Assembly (NCBI GenBank): GCA_038229595.1
Contig: JBBROH010000003.1
Location: 1 to 63,845 of the forward strand
Direction of reading: 5' to 3'
DNA length: 63,845 bases
Origin: Chloroflexia bacterium
GTDB lineage: Bacteria > Chloroflexota > Chloroflexia > QHBQ01
The position numbers and the translations under genes were made by a program. Positions 55,546-63,845 of this stretch are shown in pieces; the stretch's first letter is position 1, and every line of letters starts with the position of its first letter. Under the pieces are notes generated by a model. That model did no database searches. It saw only the letters and a program-made list of their open reading frames with translations, and was not told the origin of the DNA.

Positions 55546-58500
55546 TAGTGGGGGCGGGAGGCTGGTAGCCGGGAGCGGCGTAGGCGGGCCACTCGTCGCG
55601 CTCGTAAGCGGCCAGCATCTCGCGGTGGAAGTGGATGTTTAGGTAGTAGCTGCGCCACGCTGCGTCGGCATAGGTTGTCAGCTTGAGCGCGCTCTCAGCC
55701 AGAGCCGTGCTGAAGTAGCGGTGCGCTTCCGCCAGATAGTGGCGGCTCAACTGCTGCTCCCCGGCTGCCCTGTGGTAGCAGGCCAGTTGCCAGCAGAGGC
55801 GTTGGGGGTAGCTGTTGCTACCCTGCTCGGCCCACAACGCTGCCTGTTCGATTTGCTCGGCGATAGTACGGGCAGCAGGCAAGTCAGCCATTTGCAGCGC
55901 AGTCAGCAGCAGATAGGAGTTGGTCTCCTCCAATTCGCTCTGGCTGCCAGCGTGCTTGAGCCGCAGGCTGGCTTGCAGATTACGGCGGGCGGCGGCCAAA
56001 TTGCCCAGCATCACCTGCGCCGCGCCCAGATGCGAGTACAGAAACTCTTGATACCAACTGCTGGAGATAGCTTGCGCGAGGCGCAACCCCTCGCTGGCAG
56101 CCCGTTCAGCCCCGGCGAAGTCCCCGGCCCACAGGCTGTGGACGGCCAGTTGCAGCAACGCCGCCGCCTGACCACGCTGGTTGCCGCAGCTTGCATAGAG
56201 GGTTGCACTCTCTTGCAGCAAGGCCCGACCCCACTCGCTCTGCCCGATGATGTAGTGGACGATACCCAAACGAGCTAGTACCGCCGCCTCGCCCAGCGGT
56301 TTGCCAATTGCGACATAAATGCTTCTTGCTTGCTGGCAATGATCGAGGGCGGCCTGTACCTGCTGCTGATCTTCGGCGGCGGTTGCTAGCATGGCGTGGG
56401 CATCCGCTTCCCCACTGACATCATGGATCGCCTGGCAGAGGGTCAACAGTTCGTCAGCGAAGGTGTGGACGGCGGCATAATCAGCGTGAGCCTGAGCCGC
56501 GACGATGCTGGCCTGCACTATGCGCCGCAATGCGGGCCAGTCGGCAGCGGTGATGCAGGCGCGCGCAGCCTCAAGCAGTGCAGCCGCCCTGTCATACTGA
56601 AGCTCCCCGCTGGCGGCTTGACTGAGCCAGCAGTAGCAGGCCACCTGATTGCCCATCTCACCAAGCGTACCAAAGATGGCGAGGGCCGCTTCAAGATGCT
56701 GGCTAGCCGTCGCCTCTCCCCTGACCACTCCGCTGCTACCTTGCTGGAGAAGGGCGACCGCCTGCCAGTGGGGGTTGCCGTTGGTGGTCGCCAGCGAGAG
56801 CAGAGCCGCCGTCAGCGCATCGCGTTCGCTATGCTTGTCCATGATGGTTGCCAGCTTCAGCTTACGGTGCAGCACTTCAGCCTGCAACTCGGCCTCGCCA
56901 AGCTCCTCGGCGACAGCAGTCATCTGCTCCAAAAGGGCTTGCTGGGCTTCACGCCGCCCCAGCCGCTGGTAAATACCTTCTTGCAGAGCCAATAGTGCAA
57001 AGCAGCGATGTGGATCGTCACCGAGCAGCAGGGCGCGTTCGCTGAAGGTCAATGCCTCGCTGTCGGCATAGAGGCTCAACGCCTGTTGCGCCGCCTGCAA
57101 GTACCAACCTTGCGCCTGCTCATCCTCGCCACCCGCCGCAAAGTGCGCCGCGATCTCCGCCACTGGTTGCTGCGTCGCCTCGGCCAGCAACAAGCCGATG
57201 CGCCGATGTCGCCGCTGCCGACTGACTGGCTCGATCCCGCTGTAGATTGCCCCCTGGATCAGATGGTGGTTGAAGCTGTACTGACCGGCCTCACCTTCGC
57301 GCACCAGCCGTTGGTCAATCAACTCGTCGAGCGCACTGAGTACCCGACCCGCGCTCAACCCCACCGCCTCGCCAACCAGTTCCAGGCTGAAGCTGCTGCC
57401 GATCACACTGGCGACTTCGGCCACCAGCCGGGTATTACTGGGCAGGGGCGCGATCCGGCGGGCGAGTAGCTCCTGCACCTTGAGTGGCAACGGCTCCGCC
57501 TCCGCCATGTTCAACGCCTGCCCACCAGCCAGCCAGTTGTAGACCAGTTCGCCAAGGAAGAAGGGGTTGCCTTCGCTGACCCGATACCAGGCCGCCGCCA
57601 ACTCCTCACCCAACTCCTGCCCCGGCAACTGGGCTACCAACTCAGCGACCGCCGCTGCGGGCAAGCGGTCAAGCGCGATGTGCTGACTAGCTGCCGCGTT
57701 CCGGCGGCGCAAATCACGCAGGGGATGGTCACGCCCAGCTTCCTCCTCGCGGTAGGTAGCGACGATCAGGATCGGGTTACCCGCTGTGCGACCAACCAGA
57801 AATTGCAGCAGGTTGATGCTTGCCTGCCCCGCCCAGTGCAGGTCTTCGAGGATGAGCAGCAGCGGGCGGCTGGCCGCCAGGCTGGTGAGGCATTCGCTGA
57901 CCGCCAGGTAGAGACGGTCACGTTCGCGCTCAGGTTCAAGCGGGGGCAGCGGAGTGATCTGCTGGTTCGCCAGTTCAGGGAGCAGTGGCAGGATCGCCCG
58001 CAGAGTGGCGAGCGCGACTCTGCTCGACTTAAGCAGCGGCATAGCCGCCCGCAGCACAGCGGCCAACGCCTGATAGGCATGACCTTCACCTTCCGTCGTG
58101 CCGCCACGCAGTACCCAGCCACCCTGCTCCAGCACGACCGAGGCCAACTCTGCACTCAAACGAGACTTGCCGACCCCGGCCTCGCCCGCGAGGAAGTAGA
58201 GTAGACCGCGCCCATTGGCCGCTTGCTGCCAGGCGGCAATCAGCAAACCAAGCTCCGGCTGGCGGCCAACAAAGGGCAGGCCCAGTGGCAGCGGCCCAGC
58301 GGTGGCTGGTGGCAGGGGCGCAGCGAAGGTGGGCAAGGGTTGGTCGCTGCGGATTGCATCGTAGAGAGCGGTGGTCTCGACCATCGGCACAGCGGCTAGT
58401 TCGGCTGCAAGGCGGGCGGCGAACTGGCTGTAAGTTGCCAATGCAGAGGCACGATCCCCCATCGCGTAGCGCACGGCCATCAACTGGCGCGTCATCTGCT

Positions 58501-59038
58501 CATGGAGGGGGTCGCGGGCGAGCAGTTGCGCGGCGAAGTGGCTGGCAGCGGGGTAGTCGCGCTGGCGGTGACACTCCTCAACCAGACGTTCCAGGCAGGA
58601 TTGGTAGCTGTAGCGCAGCCACTCGCGGGCGTAGAACAGCCAGTCGGCGTAGAGGTCGGGCAGCAGGTCAGCACGGTAGAGGGCAACGGCCTCAGCCAGA
58701 TGCTCAGGGGCAGCGGCCAGCCGCTCGAAGTCGGCGACATCCAGCCAGTAGTCGCTGGCAGTATTCCACTGCACGGTATCGGCGGTGGTCAGCAGCCAGC
58801 TTTCAGCCGGGGGCAGGGCATGGCGCAACTGGTGCAAGGTGCGGCGCAGGTGGTTGCGGGCGGCTGCTTCGGGGCTGTCGGGCCAAAGGGTGTAGGCAAG
58901 TGTATCACGGCGCAGCGGGGTATGACGGTTGAGCAGCAGGTAGACAAGCAAGGGGGTAGTTTTGCTCGGAGCAGGCAGCAACAACGATTGCCCTTGCCAG
59001 GTTAGCTCAAGCTGACCCAAGAGGTGGATGTGCAGCAT
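55292..59038 (-). CDS. SARP/AfsR-type regulator: wHTH-BTAD - STAND AAA ATPase - TPR, fused to an IS1 InsA-like Zn-finger/HTH
   Basis: LHIHLLGQLEL, ALYRADLL, DPLHEQMTRQLM, GEAGVGKSRL, LILEDLHWA, SEGNPFFL, TPRs, then CTYC...GLNPSGSQRYQCRAC...SLSAIARSLGVNRQSVANW. Confidence 0.88.
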   Translation of the reverse strand: MLHIHLLGQLELTWQGQSLLLPAPSKTTPLLVYLLLNRHTPLRRDTLAYTLWPDSPEAAARNHLRRTLHQLRHALPPAESWLLTTADTVQWNTASDYWLDVADFERLAAAPEHLAEAVALYRADLLPDLYADWLFYAREWLRYSYQSCLERLVEECHRQRDYPAASHFAAQLLARDPLHEQMTRQLMAVRYAMGDRASALATYSQFAARLAAELAAVPMVETTALYDAIRSDQPLPTFAAPLPPATAGPLPLGLPFVGRQPELGLLIAAWQQAANGRGLLYFLAGEAGVGKSRLSAELASVVLEQGGWVLRGGTTEGEGHAYQALAAVLRAAMPLLKSSRVALATLRAILPLLPELANQQITPLPPLEPERERDRLYLAVSECLTSLAASRPLLLILEDLHWAGQASINLLQFLVGRTAGNPILIVATYREEEAGRDHPLRDLRRRNAAASQHIALDRLPAAAVAELVAQLPGQELGEELAAAWYRVSEGNPFFLGELVYNWLAGGQALNMAEAEPLPLKVQELLARRIAPLPSNTRLVAEVASVIGSSFSLELVGEAVGLSAGRVLSALDELIDQRLVREGEAGQYSFNHHLIQGAIYSGIEPVSRQRRHRRIGLLLAEATQQPVAEIAAHFAAGGEDEQAQGWYLQAAQQALSLYADSEALTFSERALLLGDDPHRCFALLALQEGIYQRLGRREAQQALLEQMTAVAEELGEAELQAEVLHRKLKLATIMDKHSERDALTAALLSLATTNGNPHWQAVALLQQGSSGVVRGEATASQHLEAALAIFGTLGEMGNQVACYCWLSQAASGELQYDRAAALLEAARACITAADWPALRRIVQASIVAAQAHADYAAVHTFADELLTLCQAIHDVSGEADAHAMLATAAEDQQQVQAALDHCQQARSIYVAIGKPLGEAAVLARLGIVHYIIGQSEWGRALLQESATLYASCGNQRGQAAALLQLAVHSLWAGDFAGAERAASEGLRLAQAISSSWYQEFLYSHLGAAQVMLGNLAAARRNLQASLRLKHAGSQSELEETNSYLLLTALQMADLPAARTIAEQIEQAALWAEQGSNSYPQRLCWQLACYHRAAGEQQLSRHYLAEAHRYFSTALAESALKLTTYADAAWRSYYLNIHFHREMLAAYERDEWPAYAAPGYQPPAPTTACTYCQHTNTVKAGLNPSGSQRYQCRACQRYFTPSRKPMGHQPDLRAEASRLHREGRSLSAIARSLGVNRQSVANWLQAEVED

Positions 59039-59182
59039 CGGTACGCGCTCCAATGTTAAGCCTTGTGCTGATTATACCCGATGCCACCACTGTGGTTGGC
59101 AGCCAGTTGATCACCGAATACTGCTGCCCAGTGTGTGACTACAGCATAGCTGATGTAGCGCAGTATGTAGCTAGCCGCTATC

Positions 59183-59385
59183 TTACTGCCGCAACTGCGC
59201 GTTCATCCCTTCTAGCGGGTACGTGTTACGCTTACCAGCACTCACCTCGTGCCGCCCACCGCCCGGCCACGCCAAGTGCTGATGAACCGCCAGCCCGTCA
59301 CTGTAGTACACCTCGGCTGCTGGCAAGCTGTCGGCTAATAACTGCATCGTCGCTTGCTCCCGACTCTCCACTACTTCGCAGCGCG
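59183..59385 (-). mobile_element. IS1-family insB remnant
   Basis: EVYYSDGLAVH-x-x-L-x-WPGG-x-H-x-V-x-x-GK-x-NTY-x-LEG-x-NAQLRQ; truncated at both ends. Confidence 0.65.
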
Positions 59386-61089
59386 CCGACCAACACAGCG
59401 ACGAACACGGCTACGCTCACCAGCACGCCGACGCGCAGCAGCACGCCGACAAGCAGCCCAACCCCGATCCAGTACGACTACGTAAGCGGGCGGCTGGGGG
59501 ACTGGGACAGCGGCAATGCTATCCCCGGCAGCATAGTTAAGCTGTACAAGGAAGATGTCAATCATGTACGTGGTGGCACAGCCGTAGCAACGGCAGTTGT
59601 TGCCAGCAATGGTAGCTGGGTACTGCAGGCTCCTGTTTCAGCACGGGGGTCTAACTTCAGTGGCTACGACATAGTGCAGGAGCCGACCCCCGCCAACTAC
59701 TACAACTACAACGTTAGTATTCCCGCTGGTAGTCAGCCCGCGCTACCGCTCAACGCTGCGTTCCACTTCGAGATGACGGAGACTGGGCCTAAGCTGAGTT
59801 CGGTAGATGGGGCGATCTTCTGGCTGCGCTACACGGGCAATGGCCCCCGGCTCGATGGTGGCTCGTCTATAATCAAGCGGGTGAGCAAGACCACCTACTA
59901 CATCGGCGGCGTGTACGAAGTGGACAGCGATGGCACCACGCGTAGCTACTTCGGCGCAGGGGGAGCTACGGCTCTGCGAACGACTAGCGGCGGGAGCCAG
60001 AGTGTGCTATACTTGCATGGCGACCATCTGGGTAGCGTCAGCCTGGCGACGGACGGCGTGGGCAACAAGGCAAGCGAGCAGGACTTCGACCCCTGGGGCG
60101 GCGCACGAGGCAGCGGGAGCATTAGCCAGACGACGACGCGCAACTACACGGGGCAGCAGCTAGACAGCACGGGGCTACTGTACTACCACGCCCGGATGTA
60201 CGATCCAGGATTGGCACGGTTTGTCAGTGGCGACAGCATCGTGCCACAGGCACCGTCCAGTCTAGCAGTGGATGCACACGAGAAAGGGATTGTTCTAGCT
60301 GTAAACAGTCAGAACGTTGTTGTGACAGACGAAGGTTTCCGCTTCCAATCCCAGAGAGGCGAGAACACTAACGCACCTTCCAACCCGCAGAACCTCAACC
60401 GTTATAGCTACGTCAACAACAATCCAGCCTCTCACTTGGATCCAAGTGGTCACAACCTCACAAACCCAGGTGGGAAGGTTCACAATCGCAGCCATAGAAC
60501 AGTGTTGGTCTATGGTAACATAACGGCAAAGGACTTTTATGCCAACTGTGGTAACGGACCTGATCATCCTTATTCGTGCCAGCTAGACCCTAGCATGAGT
60601 CAGCACTGGGTGTACGGAAGCGATGGCAGTGGACACAAAGCAGGTGGTGGTCTTTCAGCAGAAGATCAAGCTAAACTAAACTCGCTGTCCCCAGAGGATC
60701 AGAAGAATCTGGCAATAGCCAATGGTTACGACCTACAAGGCTGGTTTGTTCTGGGGGCGGGTAAGGACTCTGATACCTGGCTCCATATGCCCGATGCTGA
60801 TTTTGTCCGAGCAGCTGATCACGATACTATATACGAGTACTCACAAGCCTGTGTTGTTTGGGTTATATGTAGCAGTTCACAAGGGTCAGGCCATGCTACA
60901 TCAGAACTCTATAAGTTGGCAGACAGCCAAGAAGTAGTCATTACTGACGATCTAGGATACTTGAACTTGTCGGTGAGCGGATTCTATTTCCATATCAATC
61001 CCTTCGGGACCTCCAACGGTTGGCATCATTGTAAGTACAATGGAGACGACCCGAGTCATCCTACCTGCGAGTACGGAACTGTGCGGTAG
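59380..61089 (+). pseudogene. 5'-truncated RHS/YD-repeat polymorphic toxin with unrecognised C-terminal tip
   Basis: Pro/Thr linker, TTYYIGGVYEV, YLHGDHLGS, DFDPWG, YTGQQLDSTGLLYYHARMYDP, PQNLNRYSYVNNNP...DPSGH; no start codon or RBS for the RHS part. Confidence 0.8.
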
Positions 61090-61296
61090 GAACCACTTGT
61101 TGGAGGTGCAAAAGCGTCAGCACAGCCAACGAGGTCTGGAGAGTGTCGAGTGACACTCAGCTAGTGCGTACGCAAGTAGTTGCGAAGGTTGAACGAAGAC
61201 GCATGGCCTGAGATACAGCAGGAACCAAGTGCGTAGGCTATAGGGTGACAGCCCAGCTAGAACAGTGTTGTAGGTCAGTTAAAAGAGGAGACAGCT

Positions 61297-62607
61297 ATGA
61301 ACTCTAATCAACAACCAATGCCTTCTACGCTAAGACAACGTGGGTCGAAGAGCAAGACTCGTCTGTCTGCACCTCACAACGTTAAAAAGTATGTTTGGCT
61401 TTCTATTCTTGTAGTATTTATATCAGGTGCGGTTGGGAGCGCAGCTGTAGCTAACTCTAACCCTGATGTGCAGCGGCAGATAGTTCAGCAGTCAGTTTGC
61501 GGTACCTGGAAAGTTACCACTGGGCCTAAGCTAGGGTATAATCCGCTTCATACATTTAGCGGTGTGGCTGCTGTCACAGGAGATGATGTTTGGGTGGTTG
61601 GATCTAAGCTAGGGCTTTTTGGATGGACTAAAAATGAGCCACTATCTCGTCACTGGGATGGGGCAAAATGGCAAGAGTTTGCTATTCCAGGTGCGGGCGG
61701 TGGAAGAAATACTTACCTAACCAAAGTTGTAGCTCGATCTACCAACGATGTGTGGGCTGTTGGTGCCTCGAACGATGATGGCAGAGCACACCGTACCTTT
61801 GTCACACGGTGGAATGGTAACAAGTGGAATGTAGTTGATAGCCCCAACCCTGGACAATATAGTAACGGTATCAGTAGTGTAGCTGCTATTGCTGCTGATG
61901 ATGTATGGGTAGTTGGTGACTATGAAGATAAAATCTCCAACCCACAGCCGCTGCTGCTGCACTGGGATGGTCATGGCTGGCGTAGCGACACGAGCTTCAA
62001 ACTTAGAGGCAGCAGTGGGGATATTCGTGACGTACTGGCGTTCGCCTCGAACGACGTATGGGCTGTTGGTGGCTACTTCCACAACGGCAAGGCTTACTCT
62101 TTGGTAATACATTGGGATGGCAGTCAGTGGAGTGAGGTAGCTATACCAGGCGAGGGCGATGGCATTGGTCTACAGGTTCTAGCTGGTTCTTCTGCCCAAG
62201 ACTTGTGGATAGCTGGTTATCGCGGGAAGGGTGAGGCCCTAATGCACTGGAATGGCGTAAGTTGGAATGTACCAGCGCAGCCTGCTGGAACTAGTAATAA
62301 CGTAATATATGGGATAGAGGTAACATCCGAGAAGGATGCTTGGGCTGTAGGACCAGAACTAGACTCGAACAATAACATACATCCTAAAATCCTGCATTGG
62401 GATGGGAACCAATGGACACAAGTGTTTAGTCTTCAGCAGGAAGGTGAGCAAGCCTTCTATGAGATAGTAGTAGATAAGAATAAGGATGTGTGGGCTGTTG
62501 GGCGCAGCTACGATGCTGAAAGTCACATCTCCTACGGCTTGACTGCCCTGCTCAAATCTTCTTCATGCTCTGTAGGTGTTAACTCTACCATACGCGGAGA
62601 CAGGTAG
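61297..62607 (+). CDS. Secreted/anchored beta-propeller protein (WAVG...HWDG-x-x-W repeats), candidate immunity protein
   Basis: GAGGAG RBS, N-terminal hydrophobic segment, about 7 repeats, low GC, first intact gene after the RHS tip. Confidence 0.75.
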   Translation: MNSNQQPMPSTLRQRGSKSKTRLSAPHNVKKYVWLSILVVFISGAVGSAAVANSNPDVQRQIVQQSVCGTWKVTTGPKLGYNPLHTFSGVAAVTGDDVWVVGSKLGLFGWTKNEPLSRHWDGAKWQEFAIPGAGGGRNTYLTKVVARSTNDVWAVGASNDDGRAHRTFVTRWNGNKWNVVDSPNPGQYSNGISSVAAIAADDVWVVGDYEDKISNPQPLLLHWDGHGWRSDTSFKLRGSSGDIRDVLAFASNDVWAVGGYFHNGKAYSLVIHWDGSQWSEVAIPGEGDGIGLQVLAGSSAQDLWIAGYRGKGEALMHWNGVSWNVPAQPAGTSNNVIYGIEVTSEKDAWAVGPELDSNNNIHPKILHWDGNQWTQVFSLQQEGEQAFYEIVVDKNKDVWAVGRSYDAESHISYGLTALLKSSSCSVGVNSTIRGDR

Positions 62608-62611
62608 TAAC

Positions 62612-62990
62612 AAGCTGTGGAGTGGGCCACCTACCTCGGCGGTAGTGGAGTGGAATGTGGTATATAGCTGGCTGCGCCCGATGGTTCGCTCTATGTCTGT
62701 GGTACTGCCTACTCAACTGACTTTCCTACAACCACTGGCATCTATCGCTCCGTTTTCACTGGCACAGTCGGCTACCCTGACCTCTTCGTGACCAAACTTG
62801 CCCCTGACGGTCAATCTATCATCTTCTCCACCTACATTGGTGGCACCGTCGGTGAGCAGGGTGGCTGTGAGCAGTTCTACCCCAACGGTGATGTTCTTAT
62901 CGTTAGCGATGCAGCCATCTAGCACGCCAACCCCTATTGTCACCGACACCAGCACAGCCACACCCAGTGCTGCTATGTTGACAGCGCGGT
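62612..62990 (+). pseudogene. SBBP-repeat gene remnant
   Basis: EWATYLGGSG...*...GSLYVCGTAYSTDFPTT...DLFVTKLAPDGQSIIFSTYIGG with stops, then a Pro/Thr linker in another frame. Confidence 0.65.
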
Positions 62991-63523
62991 AGCGATAATG
63001 GCTCTTAGCTTTATCACCTTCCACAACCATCAACTCTAATCCCATTCTCATCCTCCACAACATTGACCTGAGCTACCAACCTGTGCTAAAATATTTCCAC
63101 GTCAGCCGGTGCATGGCACTGACGCTGATCACTCAATCCCGGTGACAGGTTGAGGCTTGGTTGTACCCGCTGCATGGTGCATGGCATTGTTCAGCTACAA
63201 CTAAGTTGGCATAGCAGGTACTCTAGCGTTGGTGACACACCTCCGCTGCCTATCTCCTTGGCCGCACCAACCCTATACTGGCTGCGGCCTGTGTGTATAC
63301 ACGGGGCAAACATCACCCACAGCCAGCCGGTGCCAACCCTCGACCTATCGGTGGACGGTGACGCACCAACCCACCGCCGACCTGCTACCAACAGTCGGCA
63401 ACCGACCGAACAAGCGGAAGGGCTACGGCCTCTGCTTGTCCGGGGCGGTCGGGCCGCATCTAACGGGCCTGTTCTCTCCCCTGACAAGTCACGACCTCGC
63501 CCAACTTGAACATGAGGTTGATT

Positions 63524-63845
63524 GTGACCAAAGCACCACGCTATACCTCGGCAGTGGTCGCCCTTGACGCGATCCACGCGCCTGCCGAGCAACCGCGCCT
63601 GCTGGTGGACGACCTAGGCGACCTGCAAGCCAGCATTGAGCAGCATGGCTTCTTCAGCAGCGTGCTGCTTGAGCAGCAGCCAGATGGCAGCTACCGGCTG
63701 ATACATGGCGCACGTCGCTTGCAGGCAGCGCGGCAGGTGGGCCTCACCGAGATACCGGCACAGGTTTACCCCGCTGGCAAGTTCAGCCCAGCGCACATAT
63801 GGCTTACCCAGATCGACGAGAACGAGCGGCGCAAAAACCTTTCCC
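63524..63845 (+). CDS. ParB/Spo0J-like protein, N-terminal part (runs off the window)
   Basis: GAGGT RBS, GTG start; QPR...L-x-ASIEQHG...YRLIHGARRLQAARQVGLTEIPA...DENERRKNLS; absent from the ORF track because it has no stop. Confidence 0.8.
   Translation, partial: MTKAPRYTSAVVALDAIHAPAEQPRLLVDDLGDLQASIEQHGFFSSVLLEQQPDGSYRLIHGARRLQAARQVGLTEIPAQVYPAGKFSPAHIWLTQIDENERRKNLS

Noticed and set aside
59053-59380. First ~110 aa of the 678-aa ORF as a real RHS N-terminus
   Set aside because: It is the antisense of the IS1 insB remnant and of the regulator's upstream region; it has no RBS and no protein-like composition
63000-63520. ncRNA or short ORFs upstream of the ParB-like gene
   Set aside because: Several overlapping short ORFs with no motif and no convincing conserved structure by eye

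Overview
GC-rich bacterial chromosomal window. A monoderm Chloroflexota is the most likely source (inference from SLH- and LPXTG-anchored surface proteins, Pro/Thr linkers, STAND regulators and the gene set). The first ~31 kb is mostly core: dps, UPF0182, a threonine-synthase-like paralogue lacking its PLP lysine, a cyclase-STAND protein, selB, ahcY plus adenosine kinase, family-4 UDG, tdk, rpmE/rpmA/rplU, an ECF sigma locus with a MacAB/YknXYZ-like exporter whose adaptor is unusually long, a Cas4/AddB-like nuclease and an RRM protein. From ~31.4 kb on, intact modules alternate with scrambled lower-GC debris. The intact modules are a two-component locus with a shared promoter motif (PepSY, RR/HK, uppP, phosphoesterase, lipoprotein-ABC) and a BTAD-STAND regulator with an IS1 InsA-like C-terminus next to two SLH surface proteins and a small protein. 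The debris includes an RNase HI/cas1 chimera with one CRISPR-like repeat, IS1 and IS1182-like remnants, a 5'-truncated RHS toxin with an unrecognised Cys-containing tip followed by a secreted beta-propeller, and a ParB-like gene cut by the window edge. No rRNA, tRNA or multi-repeat CRISPR array was recognised. All assignments come from motif reading by eye; no database search was run.
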